A model generated the notes under the pieces. That model worked only from the letters and a program-made list of their open reading frames with translations. It was not told the DNA's origin and searched no databases. Positions 37,469 through 54,697 of a stretch of DNA of 63,501 nt are shown here, one piece after another. Numbering within the stretch: position 1 is the stretch's first letter; the number at the start of each line of letters is the position of its first letter. Where the stretch lies: assembly GCF_026571515.1 (NCBI RefSeq), contig NW_026865652.1, positions 1-63,501 on the forward strand, read 5' to 3'. The translations under genes were made by a program, and so were the position numbers. The stretch comes from Ruditapes philippinarum (lineage: Eukaryota).

Positions 37469-40400
37469 TATGCTGGTGGTATAAAAGAAACACTGCTGAT
37501 AGAGTTTGCGCATTTTGGACACTTGATAAAGGACAAGCCGAATGAAAGCACACTTAATGCGTTTGATTACCTTGAACTTGACGATGCCGATTTATCCGAG
37601 ATTGAAGAAACAGCAGGTGAAACTATACAGTCGCTGTCAGTCAAAGCAGAAATGCCAAGCAAACGTCGAGAGAGGCGTATGTGTAATTTGTCTCCATGTT
37701 CTTCAGATAAAACAATAAATTACAACTCAAAACATGATTTTGACAACTTATCATTTTACATAAAATATAAAATTTATATACAGATTATACTTAATAACAA
37801 CAAATAGTTACAAAATCTACCAAAATCGACCGCCTTTCATTTCAATTCGCATTTGTTTCGTTACACAAGTCACACTTAGAACTACTATGAAGCCTTGAAC
37901 ACTTAATCAATAATGTTTCATACATCAGCTCGCCATCTTTTTATAATAAATTACCATTTGTCACATTAAAACATTATCCTTTTCTTAAAATTCCTTACTT
38001 TATACAGACCGATTCATAACACATATGTAAGACATTTTGTAAATTCTTATTCCAGAAATGAGGGTCGGCGGTGCAAATATATCACCATTAACTGATACGC
38101 TCAAATCTACCGCAGTACAATCTATTAATCAACAAAGCAAACGACAGTCTGACGTGACTGCCACTCCCCAAACCAGCAGTCGACCTATCAGACAGCAAAC
38201 TTTAACAGTAAAAGGACGACACCCGCTTACAATACAATCATCTCCATTGGACAAAACACAACAATCATTTAATTACTTTCAGAAAAGGCAAGAAAGCTCA
38301 TTACAACACCAAGAAGACTTTGGCGTCTTAAAAAATATCTCTCCTGCGTTCAAAAACAGATCTCGGGAGAGATCAGATTCTCTTGATTTCGATGACGATT
38401 TCATATCAGAGACAGGCGATTTAAAAGGAGAAAACCTCGAGGAAGAACAGCTTAGAGAAAAGCATGAATACTTTGGCGAAGAATTTTATCTTTCGGACCT
38501 GAAGGACCATTGCAAAGGTCATCTAAAGGGCACAAAAGAGATACTTCAGCAAAAGAAGAAAGACCTGCATGAACGTCGGGAAGAAGCTAAACGCCAAAAA
38601 GAAGAGAGAGGAGGAAATAGTGTGAAAATAAGCATACTCCCAGAACTACCAAAACTTGATAGTGAAGATTTCGAGGCGTTCAGAATGCATAATGAAACAA
38701 TAAAAATGCCTGATGAATTACCTACACTTGAAGAATTTATAGAATTTTTTAAATCTGATGAGGATTACGACCCTAGATACAAAAACAAAGTCCGACAAAA
38801 GAGTAAGAAAATTGCTGAGAGATACTATAAAGAAAGGGAAACGCACAGATCTAACATATCGTTTACTATTGGGAATATTCCAGAAGAAATAAGAAACATT
38901 AATACATATCGCCGTTGTACACGCAAACAATCATTTACTCGAGGAAACAAACAGAAAGATAATTCTGAATGTAAAGGCAAGGGGAATACCGGTATCACTC
39001 GTACGTTAGCTGTTCAAGAATCTGATCAACAACGTAGGAATATACCTCAACTTCAAGATAAAAAAAGAACGGATTCTATGTCAAATATTTACGAACATGG
39101 ACAAGAGGTTCTCGGAATCACCGACTCTGAACCTTGCAAAGATCATTATATCAAAGGAAACAGGCACTTAGTAGTGGAGAATATTGAAAAAGACCATTCT
39201 ACACCTAGAGAAAAGGATAATTCTGAACGTAAAGAACAAACTATTTCTACACCTAGAGAAAATGATAATTCTGAACGGAAAGAAAAAACTATTTCTACAC
39301 CTAGAGAAAATGATAATTCTGAACGGAAAGAAAAAACTATTTCTACACCTAGAGAAAATGATAATTCTGAACGGAAAGAAAAAACTATTTCTACACCTAG
39401 AGCTGAACGTAAAGAAAAAACTATTTCTACACCTAGAGAAAATGATAATTCTGAACGTAAAGAAAAAACTATTTCTACACCTAGAGCTGAACGTAAAGAA
39501 AAAACTATTTCTACAACTAGAGAAAAGGATAATTCTGAACGTAAAGAAAAAACTATTTCTACGCTTAGACAAAATGATAATTATACACCATGTTTGAAAA
39601 ACACAATATTCCCAAAGATACAAATGTGGTCTGATAATGAAACTGACTCGTCCGATACCGGCTCTAATGAGTCATCAAGTAGTGAATCATTGGAAGAAAG
39701 TTTTGATACTAAGAAGCTTAACATGAAGTATAGCGTTGAACGTCTCAAAAAGAAACGACGCAGTAAAGTGAAAAAGAAAGGCGGGTTTATTAAAGTCCTC
39801 GAAAAGTACTACACCATGCAGAATGCTCTCAATGTCTTCAGCAAAATCTCGCCGGTTAAAAGTGTCAAGAAAGGGCGACTAAAAACACGTCCATTTGGCA
39901 AGAAAAAGCAGCAAGGTAAAACTCTCAGTTTTGACTTCTTCGTGAAAAAATCTGTATGTACGAGCTTATATTATATTTGATTTCATATGCACAATAATTT
40001 TGCAAATAGTTTCTGTATGTATAGATTTCAACCAAAGAGGATAACTAACCAAATGCGAAATGAAAAGATAATATATATTTTCTCATATTAAAAATAGTCT
40101 CAAGTTAATTTTGAATTGTTTTTCAAACAAACAAAAAACTTTAAGATGTTATATGAGAAGAACACAGTTAAACATAATTAAATAGTGCATGTACTAAGTA
40201 AAAATATGTGTTATTTGTACATTGAATCTTAAATGTATAAATTGGACGATGGATAACGAATGACAGTTGCTTAGTGCTTTCCCATCCCTCCTGCCAACAT
40301 TACTTCTACTCTCTCACCATATTACTTCTGCACTCTGATGTATAAATTTAATGGATAAGTTGTACATTTTCAGATAAACAAAAGGAAGGGGAGCAATGTG

Positions 40401-40657
40401 TTATCGGAAAAATGAAGAAATTCAATTTTTTGAACGTCAGAGACAAAAAGAAAATGAATTTAGAGAATTTAGCTGTTGCAGACTTCTCAACATCAAACAT
40501 TGAAAAATTTCAACAGCAGTTGAATGAAGCTTTGGATAAATACGTTGTCAGGCGGGAAATTGTTGTCACTGACCAAACCGTATTTCACAAAGCAACAACT
40601 TCCGTCACATTTACGAAAATATCGTGCTTCCAACACAAACAAAGATTTATGTCTTAA
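37469..40657 (+). CDS. Uncharacterised charged low-complexity protein (exons 37469-37676, 38056-39915, 40374-40657; 5'-partial)
   Basis: 1.86-kb open exon in AT-rich DNA; both introns are GT-AG and phase-1 compatible; no recognisable domain. Confidence 0.65.
39197..39582 (+). repeat. Coding minisatellite of 48-bp and 36-bp units
   Basis: STPRENDNSERKEKTI (16 aa) and STPRAERKEKTI (12 aa) units, about nine in total. Confidence 0.9.
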
Positions 40658-41611
40658 TTACTGTTTTACAAACTTTTCTATTTTTCTTAAGGATGTAAAT
40701 TTTGTTGCAATTTTTTTAATCGTCTTTCAAAACTTCGTTTTAATAAACTATTTCACTTTTATAGCGAACAAATCATGACCTTTATATGCAGATACTCATT
40801 ATAATATCACACATATAAATTGGAGAAGTATATGACTTAGAAGTAATTTGTAACTTCAATCCCCTGTCCAAAAGAAAAGCCTGGCCGACAAGCGAGACCC
40901 TGGTAAAATACCCGTCCTGTGTTGGGGGTAAAAAAAAAGGGGAGGATTCCTCCGACTACTTTTGATACAATAAAAGACAGTTTGAAGGTATATGGCTCAT
41001 TTGCGAAAGTACCCCCGTATTTCTAAGGTGGATAGTACATATGTTTTATAAGGTACAATGCCATCGTATTACTTAGAATAAGAGGGCTATTATAGCCCTA
41101 GATCGCTCACCTGATATTCATTGCTGGAAAAGGTCATGCCTCTTCATTGTAGTACTTAACCACTGGGTTACATTAATACCGAGTCATTTGACTTTAGGGC
41201 CACGATTCATATACATGTACAAAATGTAAAAATAGTAGTGTACATAGTACATAATTTTTAACAACAATTAGTTTTATATTTTATAATTGAAGATGTAAAA
41301 CAGATATTTTTGTTTTATTTTGGTTGTGAAGGAAGATTTAACTGTGGCAATGATATAGCAGTACATTGCCACTGTGTATCTACATTGAATATTAAGACAT
41401 ATTGTGTATAGGCTTGATTTAAATGGTTGATTTTTGGGCTGAGTTTAGTGCAGTTTGTTTGTACCCTACTAATGTTATCTACACTGGCACACAAATGTAT
41501 CATGCTGGAAGGCGAACACCCTATACATTCAAATATATCCAACCAACCAATTATTGTTAATATTATTCATTATACTGTCATTTAAGGTAGTGCAGAATAA
41601 TGACTTTTCAC

Positions 41612-41800
41612 GCACCATGTTCTACCGTGTACTTATTTGGTTATGCATCATGTACAATCTTGTACTTATTGGGACACATACCATGTTCAATCATGTACTT
41701 ATTGCCACATCATGCTCAATTTTGTACCTTGGGACTCACACACCATGTTTAATCATGTACTTATTGGATTACACATTTAGCATAATCATGTACTTATTCA
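41612..41800. repeat. Degenerate ~33-36-bp tandem repeat
   Basis: Recurrent CAYCATGTTYAATCATGTACTTATTGG-like unit, about five to six copies. Confidence 0.6.
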
Positions 41801-43568
41801 AATATTTTAGGTCACGCACCTTTCACAGTCAAGTGTTTTTTTGGGTTACAACCTTATACTCCATGATATATGCATTCATTTGGAACATTATTACTCTTTT
41901 ACTGAATAATGAGAATTATACAGCAATGCTGGGTACATGTATGCTGCACTAAACTTACACTTTTGTATGAACATATTTGGCCTCACTCACATAACAAGTA
42001 AATTGCAGTAGTATTGTCACAAATATTCTGGGCATTATTTTTTGAAGTATATTGTTTTTTCATGAAGGAATAAACAAAAATGTCTGTTATATATACATGT
42101 AACTTGGTTATAAAGTAAATTGGTTTTTAGCTATAGAATATATTTTACCAGTATCATCATGTTTTTAAATGTCTCTTATAAATCTATCGAGATTGGTCCA
42201 ACATGTTTTTTAATATGATTGAACATTGTGATGTATTGTATATATGACATGCTTGGAATGAGACAATAAACTATTAAACTTTTTTTTTTTTGTACATGTA
42301 AAGTTAGTAGCAAACGAGACCCAAGAGCAGGACCTTTTTTTACACATCCACTTGTTGAGATCCACTAGGCACTATAACTTGATAATGTGAAGCTTCTTCT
42401 AATAGTTAAACTGCTTTTATGTTCACCTGTGAATTATCTGCCAATAATCTACACACAATCCTTTCTAAAGATGTACAATGTATCAATCAACTGAGGTCTG
42501 TGTTAGTCTCGGTGAATCAAGTCATGTTTTTTTTTCGTTCTCAGTTCAGTTTTTAAATAAAAATGAAGTCTACCACATTTAGCATATAACTTTTATAATT
42601 CTCTTCATAACAATAACAAATACATTAAACACAAACAATTTATAAGAAGGAAATCATTCTGCTAATGACCGACTAAAACTGAAGTTAGATCACATGACAA
42701 TAAAGCACACTTCTTTGATATATCTATACATGTATATGCAATGCACATCAACAACTGTTTGTTTACATAAGCACTTTTAACTTCTCTAAAATGCAATTAT
42801 CTCAATATAATTGAAAAGTTATTGATAGATGCAATTATTAGTTCATTAATTTTTTTTCACAATTATATTGAAAACATATCCATTTATCTACAGCATAAAC
42901 AATGTACAACAAGTACAATTGCAAAGTGGTCACCTGTATCTTACTATTTTTTCTTATAAATACATCAAATAAATTAAAAGAAGAAAATAGAAAACAATCT
43001 AAGTCAATACAATTTCTAGACTGTATTAAAACAGAATAATTTCATCCTGAATGGCTCATCTGAGATACACTGTTAGAAAACATTTTACAATGATAGTCAG
43101 TAATAAGGTTACATTGGGGTTTTTCACTTTGCATATTTTAAAAAATATTTGTAGATGTCAGCAAGTTTCTGATAAACTAAACACTAAACTTTCACCAGAT
43201 TTTAAATTATAACATTTCATATTTGCTACATAATGTACTTAAGTTATCCTTAATTGTAGTCCAATAAAATTCTGGGTTATTTCTCCAAGGATGAAATGGA
43301 AAAACAGACTGATGGACTGACAGACAGACAATAGTATCAAATAAAATTCTATATCTAAACTAGTCAATGAGGTATAAAGAAGATCCTACTGTTCATATAT
43401 TTGTACAGTTTGCTGTTTAACTCTTTAAGAACATCACAAGTAAAGCACATAGATATCACACGCACCATTTCCATAAAATATTTCAAATGCATAATCTCTA
43501 CATATATCATATAGCATTCTCAATTATATAATATATGTTCCACTTCTACATATCTAGCACACCCAGTG

Positions 43569-49033
<5,465 letters not shown>

Positions 49034-49877
49034 CTGGAAATATACAATGTATGTCATATAATGTCATTATAATAAAACCCATTCACTTTAAAGCATACCA
49101 ATACATTACCTCTTGTTACATCTACAGTATCTGTTGAATTTACCAAGTAATTGTCATCTACACACTAGTTACAAATTTAACCGTGTTTTCAACTGATTAT
49201 GAGTGTTGTGTGACAGATTAGGAGTTTGTGGCCTGGGGCTGTAACAGTCATTATCATACTAGTAATTGATCTACTGAATATTTATGAAGCAACTGCAAAA
49301 ACGTCATGTGATGTCATCAAAAGCCATCTGAGGCTTAAAGTGTGATTTTAGTAAGGAAAGCTTGATTCAATGAATTGAAATTTAATTTAAACTTATGTAA
49401 ACACATAGTTTTACTTGAATGCACTAGAAAAACTCCAGTTTTACTCAAAGAAAAAGAAACTTTTGACTTGTTTCTACAATAAATAGAAGCAACTCTTGTT
49501 CCTGGGCTTCAACTGGGCTCTCTACAACAGTATTTTATTTAATAGTTATTGAAAATACTGTTTTACATCTATGTAGATAAGGTTAAATTAAGCCAAATTC
49601 TCTTTTCATAATATTAAAATATGGTAATTTATCTTAAAGGGCAGACCAGATATATTGTGGTGTTATATGTTCATGTTTGTCTTTTGTCCTTTTATTATGG
49701 GTGATTAAACTGGTTTTTCAAGCTTGATTTTGGTATGCAAGTTATTTTCAGCTGATTTGGTTCCAGGATAGCTAACATTTCTTGGTAACTGACCACTCCT
49801 TTCGTCGCTTTCTAAGTGAAGACATATATTTCTTTAGAAATTCAGTAGTTTCTTTAAGAAACACTTGCTATTCATTT

Positions 49878-49976
49878 CAATCATGTGTTGGCTATCCAGC
49901 TAGCTTACGGAACATCAGTGGTTCTACTCAGGTGCCCGTTCATGTCTGAAATAATCCATGGAAGGGCACCTGAGGT
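49878..49976 (+). mobile_element. Meta-type SINE central fragment
   Basis: ATCCAGCTAGCTTACGGAAC...GTGGTTCTACTCAGGTGCCCG...GAAATAATCCATGGAAGGGCACCTGAGGT. Confidence 0.6.
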
Positions 49977-51617
49977 AATACATTAGATTTCTTCTTACAA
50001 AACCTGGTAGTATTTATTTTTTTATTTGTGAAATTGTTCTTATTGTAATTTGAATTGTTGTGTAAATACTGTATGTTGCATTATGTATTTTGTGAAATAT
50101 ATCTGTCTTGTAAAATATTTGTTTTGTAATGTGACGTCTTATTGTTATTTTATTTTATTACAGGTTTTATTCTATATAGAATAAATATAATTTTTATATA
50201 AACATCACTGAGTGTTCATTAGAAATAAACCCCACCACTACATCTATAAACATTAAGGACATTAATATACATTAATATTATGATGGGCCAGACAGGATTA
50301 TCAGCCCTGAATAAATAATGTCCCTTTGAGCAATAGTCTTCATGTAGCAGGCCAATTTTCTTCCACTTTCTGGCCCTACTTTACTATGAATTAATTTCTT
50401 AGTTGTTTTAAGTGTAACTCAAAAATTGATGTGATTAACAAAATGTTATATTCGTGAAGCTTTGTGAAGTTTTCCGAAATTTATACAAGTGACATGGATA
50501 AGAAGTGATGTAACTGCAGTACATGGAAATCAAACAAACTATATTACTTATATCCCTAGTTAAATGCTTGAATGCGTCAAATTGTAACTTCTTAGTTTTA
50601 GTATTATGTGCCTGGGTCCATAAATATCATGATACAAATTAGCCCACAAAAATGTAGAGAAACTATTTCTAAGCACTGTATGACTCTATAATTACATCTA
50701 AATTTTCTAAAAACCTTCTACATGTAACAGTAATCCCCCCCCCCCCCCCCCCCAAAAAAAAAGCAAAGTGGGGTTAGTCTCATAATCGTGTAAAAGAGAA
50801 TGCAAATTCCTAATTGAGAAGTTTTAAGACAAATTAAATGTGAAAAATTACAAAGGGCAATAACTCTAAATAAAACAAAATAGTTATAGTGCTTCTCATT
50901 AATTTACAGTTGCAAACATTTAAATTAAAATCTTCAATACTAATGAGTTATTCCCTAGGCTTAAATTTGAAAGAATAGTCATGGCAATAACTAATAATAC
51001 ACTACCCTTTGCCAATATAAGATCAATCTATAAAGTTTAAGACCTACTAGACTTTGAGTTATGCCCAATAGGAAAATTGCAGCAAAGACCAATAGATAAA
51101 ATATTTTGCAAAAAAGAGTTACACAGCACAAAACTTCCTCTCAATGAGATGTTACCAAATATTTGTTGGGGGATAATAAGGAATAGGTACAAGAGAATGC
51201 AACTTGATTTCTGGCCATGTAAGTTCAAACCCTGACAGTGGCAAGCTCTTGTTTCCTTCAACAAATAATGGGGTTATCTCTATATCTCTATAGATGTTTC
51301 CAAGATTCATCTTAGAAAAGTTATTTTTCTTTTATCACCATCAACTTTTTTTAATTTCTGCCCTACGGCTTCCAGTAAACTGAGTAACTGTTTCATTGTT
51401 GTATTTACTGGTATAGAACTAGGATTTATTTAAAATAACACAAAAAAGCATATTAAGAAAGTATTATGTTGTCTTTTATTTTCAAAACAAAAACAATCAA
51501 ATCAAATATATAATATATGCATAATGCAGAAACAACTATTACATTTATATTACATTGTCATATATTGTTCTGTTATAGTCATATATGATAGTGATCATCA
51601 CAAATACTGTTCAGAAA

Positions 51618-52631
51618 TCAATGAGAGTTCATGTGAAGTTTCAGCTGAATTTTCTGTGGGAAACCTCTGGTACATCCTGGTACCTTACATTTGAATGGGT
51701 TATCACCGGTGTGTAATCTCTCATGCACTGCTCTAGCATATTTACTGTTGAATGACTTTGGGCAGAAGTTACAGTGGAAACTTTGATGATCTCTATGGTA
51801 TCGTTGATGCTGTGTGAGTGACGATCTTTTAGAAAACTTCCTGTCACAGATCTTACATGTAAAAGGTGTCTTACCAGTATGTATGTTCATATGATCCTGT
51901 AAACGACTGTTGCTAGCAAACTCATGTTGACAGACGTCACAGAAATGTCCATCATGAAGACGTTGATGTTTTGTGAAGAAACAATGAGCTACAACCTTAT
52001 CACACAGTCCACACTGAATTCTCTCATCATCAAGCTTCACATGCTTTGTAACATATCCAAACTTACAGAATAACACTTTCTTCAGGTTACTTCTAATTCC
52101 TTGCATCTGATGGAGATACTGATGCCCCTGAGCATCCTTAAAGTCCGTACATAGAGCATTACACACATGACACCAGAAAGATATATTATTACAAGCTACA
52201 AATCCTGGCACAGAGTCACAATGATATACCTGGTTCTCACTATATGCACTATAAACAACAGCAGGTGCTGACTGAATCTCACTAGAACTGTTGTCATGGC
52301 TACCTAACAATGCTGCGATGGAGAACGGGTGAGGTACCACTTGAGGTGCTGGAGAAGAGACTTCATGTTTAATGTAGATACTCTCATCAGAACACATTGA
52401 GGCGGCACTGCTTTCAGAACTATCTGAGTCACAAGATCCCTGTGTAGATACAGTGTGGTGAGGCGACCATGAATAACCTACATCAGTGGCAGGACGGAGA
52501 TCTTCCTGGACAACTAGACGATCACAGGTATGACGTGTAAACTTGTTCCATGTTAAATCTACAGGTGTGTGAGAACCAGTCTGTTTGGCTCTGGCTGCAT
52601 TCAACAAGATGTGTGACATTAACGCATCCAT
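51618..52631 (-). CDS. C2H2 zinc-finger transcription factor (337 aa, six fingers, single coding exon)
   Basis: Acceptor ttgcag|ACT ATG; six CxxC...HxxxH units with HTGKTPF and HTGDNPF linkers; PVDLT and FSIAALLG motifs; AATAAA near 51475-51480. Confidence 0.88.
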   Translation of the reverse strand: MDALMSHILLNAARAKQTGSHTPVDLTWNKFTRHTCDRLVVQEDLRPATDVGYSWSPHHTVSTQGSCDSDSSESSAASMCSDESIYIKHEVSSPAPQVVPHPFSIAALLGSHDNSSSEIQSAPAVVYSAYSENQVYHCDSVPGFVACNNISFWCHVCNALCTDFKDAQGHQYLHQMQGIRSNLKKVLFCKFGYVTKHVKLDDERIQCGLCDKVVAHCFFTKHQRLHDGHFCDVCQHEFASNSRLQDHMNIHTGKTPFTCKICDRKFSKRSSLTQHQRYHRDHQSFHCNFCPKSFNSKYARAVHERLHTGDNPFKCKVPGCTRGFPQKIQLKLHMNSH

Positions 52632-53207
52632 AGTCTGCAATAAAATATACAATAATCTTTTAGAAAGAACCAGTATCAGGGCTTTCAAATATTACTATTA
52701 TATTGTTACCATTACTACAATATCAGAATGAATAAAAATAAATTAATCAACTGCCCCCATTTACTTCTGTTGTTTATATTCCTGTATTTTCAAGTGTTGT
52801 TTTTTTCAACAATATACAACATTATATTCCTTTTTTTATTAAATTTCCATTCTATACTGCGTATTTAGCCATTTGTCCCTTCTTCTTCTGAATCTGTAAT
52901 CTATCAAATGTCTTCCAACGTAATGTTGTGCATCGTTCAAGTATAATGTGAAGTTCTATTTTATATTGATAACAATTATTCAGATATTTTTACAGAGTAT
53001 TAGGAACATTATGATTTAATTGAAAACAACTACATGATTTTGATATACCCAGATAATCCAAATCTTTCTTATCTAAAAATTAAAAATCATATTTGTCAGT
53101 TACTTAAATTATTTAATCAGATTTTTGTGGTTTTCTCATGGAAGTTTTTAATTAAGAATAAATTGGTTTTTCAGAATTTGCATAATTAATTGTAATAATG
53201 TTCTTAC

Positions 53208-53334
53208 CTTTAGTCAGTAGTTATAACAATCCACAGAATCTAAATCACTTCTATAATTGTAATATAATAGTTGTAGTTGATTAGAACACAATTTGATAAT
53301 TGGTGATGTACAAACATTTCCTGGTCCTTATATA
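53208..53334 (-). promoter_or_regulatory. TATA box and non-coding first exon of the zinc-finger gene
   Basis: TATATAAG at 53334-53327; strong donor AAAG|gtaaga at 53208 pairing with the acceptor at 52635-52636. Confidence 0.55.
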
Positions 53335-54595
53335 CACCACCACCTTGCAGGTAAGATGAAGGTTCAAAGCCGACACATGTTACAAACAAGATGGACATCA
53401 CCTCACAGCTTTACCAGTACATCACAGCACTGGCTACCATCACATTAACTATAATTACACCTAATTAGCATGTTTGTTGTAAAGTTTGTATATAATCAAA
53501 CATGATTGGATTAAAACTTGATCACAGCTGATTATTGTTGATTGAATGATAAAGAAATGTGATATATTGTGTGTGCCTTTGATCAGCTTTTCTAATCAAA
53601 GGTGTGAACAAACAACTATATCAATAATAATAATTATTACACAAGGAAACCTAAATAGAACATTGTATTAAATTTTCTGAATATGATGTCCATATTTTTT
53701 TTTTCATTTTTGTAAAAGATAAATTTAGCTAAATACAATGAAATAATTATTGTGATGTTGTATATTTCAGCATGTAAATATGAAAAAAAAAATTAATCTT
53801 ATATTAAATAATAATAAACAAAAATACATGGACATTATTAAGTGTTTATCAAATATGGTAAGCTCTACAAACAAGATATCTCAAATTTCATCTAGAGTCA
53901 AGAAGACAATCATTTTCTATAAAACTGACCACAAATTTAAACATATTGGGAAATTGTATAATTCCCATTTTAAATATTTTTATTTCAACTTATTACAATT
54001 AAAAAAGAAAGGAATTTTCACTCCTTTTTGTTTTTCCTGCAATAACTTTGTTCAAAATTAATCATGATAGATACTGTTGCCTAACACCTTGTGTAACAAT
54101 TATACTGGATTTGCTGGGTTATCAATAAGATTTGGTGGCCAGCAATTTCATAAAAGACATTTGATTGAATAAAAATATGTCTACCCAATTCTTGCCAAGT
54201 GGATAGGTCCCAAAATCAGGTTGTCATAAGTGAAAGTTTAGTGTAAGTAGTTCTTTATCACTCTATCATTTAAAATAGTGTAAATCTTCTTAAAGCATGA
54301 AATCTTTAATTTCAGGAGTTTGTAGCTAATTACAGAAGGCCATGCCACAAATGTCTTATTTTGTGCCTAAAAACAGTTACAGAAACTAGTTTGTACTATT
54401 TGACCATGATTCAACTAAAAGCATCATATTGTTTCAAAGAAGTAAATCAACAGCATATTTGTTACAGCAAAATATGATAATGTAACAGAACATCCAGTGT
54501 TGCTTCTGATTTTTTCATTAGATGGTGCATTGATAGGCCCTTTATGAAGTTACGTTATTGCCTGCTTATGTAAGAATCAAAAACTACACTTTTAT

Positions 54596-54697
54596 GTTTG
54601 TTTGTTTGGGTTTTAAGTCACACCGACACAGTATAGGTCATTTGGCGACATTCCAAGGAAGACGTCAGGTGCCCATCCGTGCAATATTTCAGGCATT
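54596..54697 (-). mobile_element. Meta-type SINE 3' fragment
   Basis: (TTTG)n GGTTTTAAGTCACACCGACACAGTATAGGTCATTTGGCGAC...GGAAGAC...AGGTGCCC. Confidence 0.6.

Noticed and set aside
39197-39582. Regularly spaced repeats as a CRISPR-like array; extra ORFs 39168-39623 (-) and 39184-39597 (+)
   Set aside because: Units are contiguous with no unique spacers and lie in a eukaryotic exon; the other frames are open only because the repeat unit lacks stops.
51618-52688. ORF-track start at 52688 for the zinc-finger gene, and similar TTG/GTG starts for TMEM26 and RINT1 exons
   Set aside because: These starts fall in introns; splice acceptors explain the true exon boundaries.
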